Below, one piece after another: positions 43,428 to 61,799 of a stretch of 64,000 nucleotides of DNA (its first letter is position 1; each line of letters opens with the position of its first letter). Under the pieces are notes generated by a model. The model was given only the letters and a program-made list of their open reading frames with translations. It had not been told where the DNA came from and did not search any database. The stretch is from Trichoplax sp. H2 (taxonomy: Eukaryota). The stretch covers positions 1 to 64,000 of the forward strand of contig NOWV01000209.1 in NCBI GenBank assembly GCA_003344405.1, written 5' to 3'. The translations under genes were made by a program, and so were the position numbers.

Positions 43428-44288
43428 ATGGTCATGGCAGCGTTTTATTCTTATTCGTGTTTATGGAAAAATTGCGGTAAAAGTTTTACTTGCTTAGAAG
43501 ACTTGATCGAACATGTTGAAGATGTCCATGTTGAGAAAGATGCTGCTCCAATGGAGAAATTAGACAATTTATCGCCACCAGCGTTAGCTTTAAGCCATAT
43601 TTTGCGTTTTTTTACTGAAGCAGCTCGCCAAGTACGACGCAAGCAATTAGCCCAATTAGCTGCTCAAAACACCAACAAAAGTAGCCAAGTTAGCGATAAA
43701 GGACGCCATGTTAGTAGTCCAGCAAGTGGTAGCCATCACAACTTAACTTTCTCTTCCGATACTACGGCTACAACCACCAGTACATCCGCTACTTTAACAC
43801 CAACACAGGTTCATATCAGTAAATCCAGTGTTAGTAACACGGCTACAAGTGGCAGTAGCAATACGACCAGTGGCAATAACAGCCATATCAAAACAACCAG
43901 CAGTAATAGTATCATCAATCATGATTTAATTAGTGATGGCAGTGACAGCGATGAATCTTGGACAACCAATGAAACATTCTCCAGTGATGCTATTCTCAGT
44001 ATGATGGCAACCGATGAAGGCTTAGAGAAACCTTTTGCTTGCCCTGTCCCTGGTTGTAATAAGCGTTATAAAAATGTCAATGGGATGAAATATCATGCTA
44101 AAAATGGCCATAAAAAAGAAATTCGCGTCAGAAAAGCTTACCGTTGTACCTGTAAGAAATCCTACCGATCGGCTATGGCTTTAAAAAAGCATTGCACTAA
44201 AGTTCATCATGGTAATCCCAGTGGTGGACTACCAGAACCTGTACGCTCTTTGGAGATTGATTTAATTGCTAATTCTACAGTTCAGTAA
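43428..44288 (+). CDS. JAZF1: Juxtaposed with another zinc finger protein 1 (single coding exon)
   Basis: N-terminal C2H2 finger (CLWKNCGKSF..DLIEHVEDVH), ALSHILRFFTEAAR, SDSDESWTT and EKPFACPVPGCNKRYKNVNGMKYHAKNGH closely match JAZF1. First ATG at 43428, alternative at 43434. Confidence 0.96.
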   Translation: MVMAAFYSYSCLWKNCGKSFTCLEDLIEHVEDVHVEKDAAPMEKLDNLSPPALALSHILRFFTEAARQVRRKQLAQLAAQNTNKSSQVSDKGRHVSSPASGSHHNLTFSSDTTATTTSTSATLTPTQVHISKSSVSNTATSGSSNTTSGNNSHIKTTSSNSIINHDLISDGSDSDESWTTNETFSSDAILSMMATDEGLEKPFACPVPGCNKRYKNVNGMKYHAKNGHKKEIRVRKAYRCTCKKSYRSAMALKKHCTKVHHGNPSGGLPEPVRSLEIDLIANSTVQ

Positions 44289-46922
44289 AACTTCCATCTT
44301 GGACTATGGTCATATCATGTTGAGAAGATACGCGTACATTCAATGTTGATACTCGTTCAATGGCGCTAACAATTACAATGACTATCTTTCAAATTGGATG
44401 CTACTCATGTCAAAGAAAGCTCCAACATGAAATAACATGCCATCGCTTTAAGAAGTTGAAAACATTGCAACATTTACCTGAACTCCAACAATTTATTCAA
44501 CACTGATAACATAAAAATTAAATTCGCCTCAATTCTATACTGTACAATGCGGCGTTTACGGTACTATTATCTTACCACTAGCATGATTCCAACACAGTTG
44601 CCTCGTATTATAATTATCGGCAAACACAAAAGTCCACTAGTCTTTCTGCATCCATCAGTAATATTCAAATCGACATAGAATCACCTACTTGCCATTCTCG
44701 TCAATGTTGTCATCACAGTTGGCGTTGCCTTTAACCTTTCAAATTCTAATTGGAATAACTCGTGCAGACCACAAAATCTACAAATGCCTCCAAATATCTA
44801 TCCATCAGTGCTGTTGCACCACAAACATTGTTTCACCCTTTTGTATATACTGTATGTAAATGTATAATTTCAGTTTATCTAAAATATTCTTATGTTGCTC
44901 GTTTCACAATATCGTAAACAATTCTACCTACCATTTACTTCTCTGCTACCTTTTCTACGGATTTTGAGCAAATGATAGTTCATTTGTAATTATTGATAGC
45001 TATCGGAATAGTCTACGCTTTAGACATCATAGGCTGTACAATTTTTCTCCTATTGATCTTTATTTTCAGCTATGCGTATCTAACGCGATTGTAGTCATGA
45101 TATGTGCTAGGATGTAGTCCTTGCACATAGTCTATATGCCAGCGGTTGTTATTGTTACATACTTAAAAAGATTTACTTGAACTAATTCAACTCATATGCA
45201 TATGCGTATGATGATATTTATTAAGAATACATACTCAAATTCACCTCCTTTTACTGTTAGACTATCAATCGCTATGATTTCAGTTACTGCCGGCTAGAAA
45301 ACAATTTGGTAATCTGGTATATAATACCATAAGATTATATTGTCCCCAGACTTTCAATAAAAAGTCCTGCGTCTCTATGTAACTTAATAAAAACTACAAT
45401 GCTGTACCACATTATTATAGAATATCCATATAATGTTTCCGGAAAGGTTATTAAAGACTAGGCGGAATAAGAATTGTTGTTTTAGATAACATGTATAGGA
45501 AGACATACTTATTGGCTAGCCTTACGACTACTTGTCTACTATTTAATACTGTAATTGACTTCTAATCATCTTCGAATGTAAGATAACTGACAACATAAAT
45601 AAATACGTCATCCATCATCATTTTCATTCACAATCAGTATCTTAATTGGATAAACTTGAAACTTGAATAGACTAAATTGATGGACTATACAATGATTTTA
45701 ATCGACCTCTTTTTGACTCCGATATGCAGTGTATCGGATCCGCTGGCAAGTTTCCCATGTTGTAGTCATCACGTCCATAATTAATATCTGATCGCATATT
45801 GTACGCTACATATTTGATACCGCTAATAATGCCATTTTATAATTAAGGCGTACATCGTCATTACGTTTATGGTTTGTTAGTGACTAGCTAATTAGGGTCT
45901 TGTTTGATAAATACAATATTAAATTACTGTATAAATAGCGATATACTTACATTACATGTTTAAACTGATCCTTATACTTTATGATTGTGCTTGTAATAAG
46001 AAATCAGGACCTGTCAATACTTCCGTCAGTGGGAAGCATGTTCGGATATTACTATACTTGGAATTGGTAATTTGTCTTGATGCAACCAAAAACTTCATTG
46101 CGTGATATAGTAAACATTAAAAATAAAGCATCAAGTTGTTTTTTTCAGATATAAATTTATGAATGACACTGTATGTAGAGTATAAGAAAAATGAATTGCT
46201 TATAAGTTAAAGATTATCAACATTTTCAAATTAATCCATTCCCTGGCCTAGATCCGCAACAATTAATTATAATTGACGGTGTTCAAGTTATAAAAGTTGA
46301 TGTACAGGCCTGAAGTACTTGCAGGATTAGAAATGATAACTTAAAATCAATCGTCGTCGTTATCGCTACACCTTAATCATACTACAGCTTTCAAATGCTA
46401 ACCAGTTATTACAGCAACGTAACGCAATGCAATAATATAAGTAAATCTTCGAATTAGCACCACTTGCGCTAGTAAATTCGAAAAAAATTACAATATTTGC
46501 TCTAAATTGAATTTGCATTGGTTCAAGCTTTTTCTATAATAATTTGATAAATACTTTCACATTCGTATTTGTCAAAGTTTAAGTGATAACGAATATATCT
46601 CTAGTCGAACTTTTGGATCGTTAGACACAAGTATAATACAATGTAGTAGTACAGCTTGGTAAACTCTCTGCTTCTGTAATCATAATGGAGTTTATGCCAG
46701 AAATTAGGTTTATTTATTACGAGATTTTTCCAACTAGTGATTTATCACTTTACAAATTAGTTTTCGACAATAATAAAACCCCTGGATTACATTTCAATTT
46801 AAAGATAATCTACTCCAGCGTCCAATGAAAATATTACATCAGAGGTCATAGTGTTGATGTATTAATTCTCTTTTAATTGATCCAAACACAAATTTTAAGC
46901 GTCAGTCCACAAACCTAAGGTT

Positions 46923-51458
<4,536 letters not shown>

Positions 51459-51868
51459 ATTTATCTATTCTTAACGGTCTGAATAAGTTATTATGATTGT
51501 AATCAAAATTGGAGAAGATTAAAGCTTTGGGTGCTATGCGATGAAGCTTCCAATAGACTTGGCAGAAGATTGCTTGGATACCTTGCTTAATTAATGAAGG
51601 AAGCAACTGGTTGTGTGGTTGGATAGCAATCGCTACTGCATTCAAGTGACTGATTTCTCTGCCACTTTGCACGTTTAGCCAGCAGGTTTCTATGGACAAC
51701 ACCTGCAGCCGCGCCCTTGGGGTTATGGGGTTCACAACGGCTCACCATTGTCACGAGTCACACTGTAGCATTGTGAATGGCCACAGGTCACACCATAGCC
51801 TAGTGTCATGCGATTTGTATGCGACGCTTGTACGGTTTGGTCGTGCGGTACAATGCCTGCCGTACAGT

Positions 51869-53037
51869 GTACAGTACAATTCGTCTACAGTACTTTACCC
51901 TGTGTACAGTAGTCTTGCATACAGTACGGTACTGTAGTCTTGCTTACAGTGTGTACAGTACTGTACAATACATGTACTCTAGTACAGGACTTTGGCTACT
52001 GTAGCATACCAAACTGCAGGCGTGAAGTGTGCTCGTGCCCACAACTGGCTCACGTTACTTTACCCTGTGTGCTGTACTGTAGTCTTGCTTACCGTGTACA
52101 GTCCATCTACTGTAGTCCAGTACAGGACTTTGGCTACTGTACTGTACACTGTACTGTACTGTATAGTACTGTAATACAGGTCTGGTCTAACTACAGTACT
52201 GTATCCTGTAAGCCCTGTAACATACCAAACTGCAGGCGTGCAGTGTGCTCGTGCGCACAACTGGCCCACGTTCCTTTACGGTCTTTACCTTATACTGTAC
52301 AGTACAGTACAAGTCTGTACTGTACCGTAGCCTTGCTTACAGTGTACTGTACTGTACTGTACAGTCCATGTACTGTAGTACTGTACAGAACTTTGGCTGC
52401 GGACAGTACTGTACTGTAGCATTCCAAACTGCTGTACAGTGTACAGTACAATTCGCCTACAGTACTTTACCCTGTGTACAGTACAGTACAGTACAGTACA
52501 GTAGTCTTGCTTACAGTGTACAGTACAGTACAGTACTGTACAGTACATGTACTCTAGTACAGGACTTTGGCTACTGTAGCATACCAAACTGCAGGCGTGA
52601 AGTGTACTCGTGCCCACAACTGGCTCACGTTACTTTACCCTGTGTGATGTACAGTACTGTACTGTAGTCTTGCTTACCGTGTACAGTCCATCTACTGTAG
52701 TACAGTACTGTACAGGACTTTGGCTACTGTACTGTACACTGTACTGTACAGTACTGTAATACAGGTCTGGTCTAACTACAGTACTGTATGCTGTAAGCCC
52801 TGTAACATACCAAACTGCAGGCGTGCAGTGTGCTCGTGCGCACAACTGGCCCACGTTCCTTTACGGTCTTTACCTTGTACTGTACAGTACAAGTCTGTAC
52901 CGTAGCCTTGCTTACAGTGTACAGTCCATGTACTGTAGTACTGTACAGAACTTTGGCTGCGGACAGTACTGTACTGTACTGTAGCATTCCAAACTGCAAG
53001 CATGAAGTGTGCTCGTGCGCACAACTAGCCCACGTTA
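51869..53037. repeat. Complex higher-order repeat in the AGPS / ATXN7L3 divergent promoter region
   Basis: Two units of about 570-600 bp (from about 51869 and 52441). They contain five copies of a roughly 55-bp core (cataccaaactgcaggcgtg.agtgtgctcgtgc.cacaactggc.cacgtt; near 52004, 52221, 52580, 52806, 52985) separated by (GTACW)n tracts. Confidence 0.93.
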
Positions 53038-53460
53038 CCATCAACACTTCAAACTCATTCACCTTGTAATGCTTGATATTATTTTGGACGGTAGACTCGA
53101 CCCGCAGAGTCAGTCATGATTGATTGATACGAGTAAGAACTCTTCAGCTTGATACAGTCGCTGTTGCCTACAGCTTGATACCGAGATTAGGCGGTAGATT
53201 TGCACAGTCGCACAAGAGGAGTCAAGACTGGTACGACACACTGTGGGTGTCAGTGGTAGTGGCGTCATACGTCGGTAGCACGTCTTGACGGTTGCTTCAA
53301 TTTGGATTCCAGCAGTCCTTTGCTCAATCCGCCATTGGACTGGAATTTCAGTGGCCATTGGCATTCCAATTGGATAGCAGTGATTGCAACTACTGTCGAA
53401 TTCTTCAGCTATCGTGAAATCTCTTTGAACAAAATGTAATTATTCGTTCCATTGAAAATT

Positions 53461-56400
53461 ATGGCAGAAGATTCGTATCCACTTAGGTAAGTGGTCACTT
53501 TTTATCCATAGGCTCAAAACATTTTAACCATTTCATTGATTAAACGATCACTGCTTGACCATTACCGTCTATGACGAGAAGAAATGACAGTGGTTGATAT
53601 GCTGCTATCATATCAATGGCATACGTAGGTTATATTCAATCATCCAATTCATTCACTTCAATGTGGTGGATAAAATAAGGCAGAGCGTTGTTATCCCACT
53701 GCTTAGTCATTGAAATGGCCCAACAAGTTGATCGATAGTGCTACAGACGATGGAAATGGATTGCGTCCTTTCATCATGGTATGCAATCTTGCATGGCTTG
53801 AGACGGTGGTCATAACATACCATTTCAACTAGGCGATTTGCATTGCTTTTGAAAAAAGGATCAATCACCAGCTACTTTTCCTTCTACCTTATAGAATAGC
53901 ACGCATTCAACCACAATATTTCAAACGTTTCGTTAGTAACTGAATCAACAATCAAGTCGACTTTCAAACAACGCTACATGCAAGCCTAGTACCAGCAGGT
54001 TGTTAGCCTAGATGGGTGGGTTTGGGGTCAACAATCCATTGATTTTCATCTTGCCTACATCACCAATCATCATGACCAAGACTATCGTTCAATGATAGAC
54101 TAGATTGTCTTACCATTCTTTCTACTGATGAAATCAGTTAGGCACGATACTGCTATTCATTACAATAACAGTAGGACTGCCGGATCATTTCGCGCATAAT
54201 ACACACTCCAAACAATAGTTCAACTTCTTGCCCAAGTACTCAATAACAATTACCATGGTAATATCGGCTCATCATACGCGCCTTGAAAGATGAATCACAA
54301 CTACAAAAATGCCTATCGTAAAGGATACCATCCAGGCATTTGCGATTGTATCCAGTTTACACTTGGACAAATGACGGCTATGCATCTCCTAGCGTTAGAA
54401 TACTCAATCAGCCAATATGTTAGTTTGCACGGTAACACATTTGATGCCGTTGGATGCCTGCAATGACTGATGTAATTCGATAGAGGAATTGTAGAAACGC
54501 TCCATTGCCCCTTGCAAAAACAATTTAACTCTATTTTTATGAACTAGCGTGTTACAATTGAATTTGAATTTGATCATCTTGATATGAGTAGCAGGCGATA
54601 CGTAGGGTAAGCCAATAAACTCCTTTTCCCATGCTTGATTGCTAGCTTTCTCACTGGATTCATAATCATCAAATGCTAGTTTCATTTCTAGAATGGAATA
54701 TCATGTTGCAGTTTTTTTACATTCAATTTTCTCAACAGTAAAATTATCCTTTATTCCACACTAACAATTTTACTTCCTAATTGATTTTAATTCATAGGCT
54801 AGATAGCAGTCAACAAGCCTCATCAAGGTGTAACGATCATAATGAGCTACGAAATATGACCGGTGACCAGGTAACCAAACTGTGCTAATAGAAATCAAGG
54901 ACTGGGATTGTTTACCGGCTAAAGTAAATTCATTGCCATCAACTATATTTAGTAAATGACCTGATATTGACGGTATGCTAGATACTGTAATATCATTCCT
55001 GCCATGGGCAATATGCATAATTTTTGCCGTATGGTCAATTGCATACTAGCGTAACTGATATTTTTCAACGTCTGCTTGTAAATCAATTGAATAATTAATT
55101 TGTATAAAGTGATTGCATTATCGTGAAAGGAATGCTAGTACCCTATATCGTAATATTAATTATTACTTCGTTCTGAAGTTATTACGTTGCATTGCCAAGT
55201 TAGTCTGTGGATGAGTTGGCTAGCTCATCGCCAGCTTTCTTTTACATGGCCTTGCAGTAGCCAATCACAGATACGACTCACCATGACGGCCTTTGCGAAT
55301 GTACCTTTAGCAAAAGTTACTGGCTGCCACACAAATTGCACTGTTATGAAATTGCCTATCATTCTTACAATTCTGTGTAATGCCAATAATCCAAAATAAC
55401 TTATAAATTACTTTTCCTACATTAAGAATGAAATCTTATACACTGCAAAGATGAAATATTGCATGCGTTATCTTTCTTGACAGCATCACTTACTGTAAAT
55501 ACCCTTCTCTATCAGTGGATATAGATTTAGGATATTAGGTTTTATGACTACAATTAATCATGCTAACTAATCAATATTTATCAAAGGAAATAGCAGTTAA
55601 TCCATCCTTAATACAAAAGATGCTTGTTTATTCTACTCACAATCGCCAATGTTATAAATATACCTGACCATGCTAAGAAAGATAGATTTTACTATTAAGT
55701 TAAAAATAGCCGCAACCCAGCAGCTCTTCAACTTAATAACACACATTAACCACTAATTCTAGTGTCGATATTTTAAGCTTAGCAATATACTAACGTATAT
55801 ATGCATACCCTAACTAGGCGGAAAAGCTAAGTCAGTACTTTTATGAAACCATGGTGGATGAAATAACTTTGGGCACCTGCTACGATGTTGATAGATCAGT
55901 ACAACTTGGCTATTTCAATATTTTAGACTGCATGCCAATAAGCAAAGATGACGGTAAGTATTTTACGGAAATGAAATTAGTTACTAGAAGCAATTGGATA
56001 CAAAATAATATTTCTACAGTAATTTACTAGAATCTTCTAAATATTAATTTTATACCTTCATTCGAATATTGAAAATTATTTCGGTTTATTTACGTCTTTT
56101 ACTGATTACAATATAATGCCTGGGTATAGCTCAGTGAAATACTTAAAACTAAGACATTGATGGTTAATGACTGATAATGCTTGATTTCTTTAACAGAAAT
56201 CAGTGATTCTGTTCGAGGTGACATATTCAGTGAAATCACGGAAGGTGCTAGAAATAAATCCTTGGAAGTTAGTTGTCCGGAATGTCAAAGAACAATTACT
56301 GCCTCACGATTTGCCCCACATCTAGAAAAATGTTTGGGAATGGGCAGAATTAGTAGAAGAATTGCCAGCAAAAAGTACAAAAATTGACTTTCTTTATGAT

Positions 56401-57960
56401 TGTATAATTCATTGTTCGATTGTCGCGAACGAAACTACACTTTTAGCATATCATTTTCATATCACGTATAATTAATTGGATTGTCTATTTTGATAACTTT
56501 TAACTCTGTAGGTTGAATGATTACTCAGAAGATAAATGCGATTACAGTGACAATGACGATGGGGATACAGACTGGAAAGCCGCCAAAGAGCGAAAAGCTA
56601 AGCGATTACGGCGAGATAAATCAGGACGCTCCAGTAATAAGAATAAACCTAGCAAAAATAAAGGAAATTTAAGTAACGTTAAGAAAGTCATTAAAGATGG
56701 CAATTTTGAAGTAGAAAAAGACAAGGTCTGTTTTGGCTTTACATCATTACTGTATAATTAAAGGACAGTGTTATAATCTCACAGCAGACAATCAATATTA
56801 TATTAATAAACTTGAAATTATATCGTTTCATAGAAACAACTTAGTCTGGACAGTTACTCTGCTATGTCCATAGGTATCTAGCTTGACTATCTCTTTATCT
56901 AATTAATAATATCTAAGTAACATCAAAAATTTCAAGTTCATTTTAATTTAATATGTACAAATATTGCTGATTCTATTTTAGTTGACCGAGAAGAATTTTT
57001 AAACAAGGTATAAAGATAGTCGACACTATTAGTTCCCAAGTCACCTTACTTTTTCATGGCAACCAGTCATCGGTGGACTGTTATGTGAAATATTGTTATA
57101 AAAACTGGTACCAGTAATTCTAATCCTATTCAATCTTAAAATGTTGTAGTATTGTGGTGTAATTTCTGAACATACAGGCCGTATCTGTATTAAGTAAGTC
57201 ATCTGCTCTTATATAGAGCGTCTTTGTTGTAGTGCGAAGATTAAGGGATATTATCATTACAGCGACTCGTTACTTTTTAATATTTGTTATTTTAGGACAT
57301 TAAGATGTCCACAACATACTGAAGAACAGCGGTCAAGTGTAAGAGATAAAGTTTTTGGTACGTTCTCAATACAATCATATGTTAACCACCCAAAATTAGC
57401 TTAAACTGGTCATAGGCTTCACATAATGCTGTTTGTGTCATTCTAAAATGTGATTCATCATGACCTTAATGTACTAGGATCGACAGGTATGAGTAGTAGC
57501 AGTAGCTCAATGGTAATGAGTTCCAGTGATATGAATGGAAGGTAAGATTGAGTATGATTGCTGTTTATGTCTTGGGAGCGTTGTGACTGAAGCTGTAATG
57601 TTGTACAACGTAGCAGTCTTGAGCACTGACGGGTTGTCCTCCATTACTATAGGTTAAATAATGAACAAGATGATATTCATATCGGTAAGTCAATATTACT
57701 GTATATATATCTTCTTTCACCACATATTTACGTCTCCATACATGTTAGTCTGCATTTATTTTAACCAAATTTTTGCAAAGTCCGAAATGTCGATAGCACA
57801 TTAGCATTTCCAATATTAACGCTAAGATTACGTAATCTTACAACGATAACAATAAAATGTATCTTCCACTTTTTAATGTTCAGTAGATATAGTGAATGAT
57901 GATCGTTATGCCGACAATGAAATTAATGGCCGACTATCTTCAAAGAACTCATTAAGCTGA
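53461..57960 (+). CDS. ATXN7L3: SAGA deubiquitination module subunit ATXN7L3/Sgf11, about 12 exons
   Basis: Exons 53461-53486 (MAEDSYPL), 54798-54870 and 55819-55952 (ETMVDEITLGTCYDVDR). Sgf11 zinc finger CPECQRTITASRFAPHLEKCLGMGR. SCA7 domain CGVISEHTGRICIKTLRCPQHTEEQR. Stop TGA at 57958-57960. The first two and last three exons are less certain. Confidence 0.9.
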
Positions 57961-59557
57961 AAGTAGATCAAAAAAGGACTATTAAAATTTTGTACTATAA
58001 AAATTGTTGTTTTTGTCATTCGTGTATTACATAGGAAATTTTTCCATTGATGTAAATAGTGTGCATAACGGGCTTAACATACAGTGCATTTTATTTTTAC
58101 TGTATTAAGCCTACAATTTATTTCTATTTGACTTTATTAGCAATATTTTTACAATATGAAACTTTACAACTTAAAAATCGCATTGGTTACTTATTGTATT
58201 AGCATGACAGTATAGGAAAATAGGTTTAATATGAAAGTATCTACTTTTGTTTACCTTACTAGTTCAACATCAGTCAAAAAAAGTTAGTTTCTTAATAATG
58301 AAATTGTTAGGCTTAGAGTTACAAACGTATCTACATAATAACATTTTCTATGCAAATGTTTCTTTCTTTCCGTAATAATATCTTATGTAATCTTATAATC
58401 TCGAGTACTAACTGAGCTGTTACGAAATGTCATCGAATTAGGATTTGATAAATCTAAAGATTCCATTTTTTATGTAATATACAACGGTTAAACAGCCGGT
58501 CTATGTGCTATTGTATATATGCATATACACATATATATGTTATGCATTTACTGCAATATACTGTTCATCAACTGATCTAACTATTCATAATTCTGTGTAA
58601 GATTCGTTCAGAATCTTTTTCTTTCTTTCGACTTTTTCCAATATCAGTAGTACGTCAACCTTGATCCTGTAGGATTAAGCTATGCTACATCGGTGTTAAA
58701 TAACACCTAAAGACTCTGAAATAATAATTTGTTTTTATCGGTCAAACCTGACTCAAAAGATAATTTTTGTTATATGATTATAATTTCATTCATTTCAGAG
58801 CATAAAAAAGCTAGAATGAAGTCTAATTTTTAATCCTATTATGTGTATCATATGTTTAAGGAATTGCTAAAGAAACGTATCACAACTGGTTAAGTGCCCA
58901 TACGCAATCACAACACTATTCATATAATCACGTTATGTACAGTATTTGCGTTACGCTGTCCAAGTGAATATTTCATGCAAAAAAAACGACAGCATTCCCA
59001 TTATAGTGATCTTCAACCTTAAGTACATTTGTAAAGATACAGCAATACTACTGTTCGTGCACATGATTTTAAAATACAAGTAATCATTGAAGATTACAGC
59101 TACTAGTAAGGCAGTAAAGGTACAAGTATATTAGAACATGAAACGAAAGCATGGATTACGATATCTTTTAATAATAATAATACAGTATAACGTCGTATTT
59201 GGCTAAGTAATCATCTTTCATGACGTAGACGAAAATAGATTAAGATATTCGAATAAGACATTTATCTAATGCAGGCAAAAATAAGTACAAGTAAACTAAC
59301 GTTGATATCACCACAAAATATCGCATAATCCCAAAGAAATCAATACAGTAGCTTCAGTTAATATTTACGGCCGCTGCAACAAGATGTCAACTAAAATAGA
59401 TACTTTAGTTAAAAGTCTTAGCATACTGATATGAAATTACAGCTAAATAGTCAACAAGAAGAAATCGTAAAAGCCCTTTTTGAAGGCATCATAAGAGTCG
59501 TTTTTACAATAGTCAAGAACATTGGTTAAACATAATTTTACGAGTAACATTAATCCA

Positions 59558-61799
59558 TTATCCTGTTTGTAACTTTGGCAAGCCGAATTCATCAACAGCA
59601 ATTCCTTCCTAAATTTGATAAGATATAATTTTTCGTCCATTAATAAATATACGGTACATAAAGCGTTGATCACAACTATAATTTTAGGACTTGTAACTAT
59701 TTCTTTCTTACAAAAACTTTTACACTTCAATGGATCATTAATTATTCAATTATTTTAAAAGTAAGATAGCCACTATACCGCTGATTTTTCCGCTTCATTT
59801 TCACCGGGATTTGTACTAGGAACAGCCGGTGTACTTGCGGCATCATCCAAGTATGACGTATCTTCATCGAAAGCCAAGTCGTCACCTAGCGCATCTAATT
59901 CTGTATATACGAGTACATGTAAGATTAATACATTGTACAGTAAATATTCATAGCAATTGGCCATTAACGGTAAGCAACTGATATTAATTAATGGAATATA
60001 ATGTGTAAGTATCAACATTTGGAGTTCACAATAAGGTATTAACATTAGGGTAATATCTGCGCGTCTGTACATGCAGTTTAAATAAGCAGTACAAAATCAA
60101 TAATCGACGGCAGGATGTAGACTTAAGGGGATTAGGAATGGAGATTAAGCTTCCATGCTAGAAGTGAAAGATGCAAAAGTCTCACAAATAATTTAGCTAC
60201 GAAACATACCAGCATCCAAATCGGCCTCGTCCAAATCATCTGGCATTCCATAAGTTCTGCTTAGCGATTCTTGTATTTCATTTGCTTGTTCCATCATGTC
60301 AGACATATCGTCCTGTAAGTCCTATATTATTATTAATAAAATGATTACCCTATTTCAAACTCTGGTAACAGTAAGCAACAAGCTATAAATGATAAAGTCA
60401 TCTTATTTTATACCTCAATTTGATCGATGTTCACTTTTTTATATTCTTTTTTCATTTCTTTCACACCCAATTTCATAGCGTCAACCTATGTAACCAATGA
60501 ATAATATGTAGTGAAACACCATTCGCTAAAGGAAAAAAATCGAGAGATATGCTACATGTACTGCACAGTCATTGCAAATGATGATAGACTAATTTTAATC
60601 AAGTCTAGGGCACGAAATTGATATAAACGATTATGCGTATGGACTAGCCAACCGACTGTGCAATTACATGGACATACTAACCGTGGTTTTGGTATCTTTT
60701 AAAGTCTGTGTAGCAAAATTAGCTTGTTCTAAATTAAAGGATTGCTGCATAAGCTGATCCCGCTGCTGTTCATACCTGAATAAGTATTTAATTAAAAATG
60801 AAGCCACAGATTACGATACTAATCTTGTACGGTAGGCGACAATCAGCAAGAAGACGAAGCAATTTTAATTTTAAGTGTGTTTTCGACATATAATAGTAGC
60901 CATGGTTTGTATAAGCTAAGAACTAACATTTTCTTCTGTTTGAGTATTCTCAAGGCCTTCTGTTTAACCATATTCTAGTATTGTCAAGAATAGAATCCGT
61001 TAGCATTTGTCAAAGACAAGCAGCCGACAAGATACAGTATTGGACTTGATTTAATCATTACTTACCTTGGCAGAGCCTTCTCTCATTTTTTTCATTTGAT
61101 TGCGATATTTAAGTAGTTCAAGGTCTAACTTTTGTATTTTCTTTTCAATTGATTCACTTCGCCCGTCGACCTATAATGATGGTGAATAACAGCAATGTAT
61201 ATGAATGTACTTGACCAACAACATCAACCAGTCATGGCATTCTTTCGTAAGTATAGTAAGTACTGTATGGCAAGAGGAGAGGGATAGATGGAAAACTTGA
61301 AAAACTATTTTTTATCACAAATCAGCGTTACAAAGACCAATACACCTTCAAACTAGTAAGCTAAAGTACTGTATTTTTGATTGTACAAAACGATTATCAT
61401 TATCACAAACAATCCATTCGGTAAAACGACGGAAAATACCATGATGGCGTTCATTATAGCAAGATACAACCATCATACAAAACTGTATCGTATAGTCAGT
61501 CCATTTTGGATCCAATATCTAGCATCAAGTCGATCGTTACTGATATGTGCAGTTACTAAGTGTATCCATTGCTACATTTCTGTTCATTCTAACTGTAAAC
61601 TATCACTTGATTTCAAGAGCATTGCATTCAAAATATTCTACTTTATCTTGACGTCTATTTCTCAATCAATGTCAAATCAACAACTCAAGTACTGTCCATG
61701 TCTGCATTTGCTAAGCCTTGTCGTCCTTACATTAGCGATACAATCCGTCATATTTGGCGGGGGCTCTTTTGGCTTTGCACGACCGAAAAGGCGATTCAT
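59558..61799 (-). CDS. CHMP5: Charged multivesicular body protein 5 (ESCRT-III, Vps60), 8 exons
   Basis: [115 protein letters not shown]. Confidence 0.97.

Noticed and set aside
51869..53037. Repeat-spacer layout resembling a CRISPR array
   Set aside because: The spacers are related low-complexity sequence, the context is eukaryotic, and there are no cas genes.
51692..53069. Many overlapping Cys/Tyr/Val/Thr-rich ORFs on both strands
   Set aside because: They arise from (GTACW)n repeats that are poor in stop codons. No domain or splice structure.
54770..55018. 82-aa - strand ORF
   Set aside because: It overlaps the + strand ATXN7L3 exon 54798-54870, which fits the required phases.
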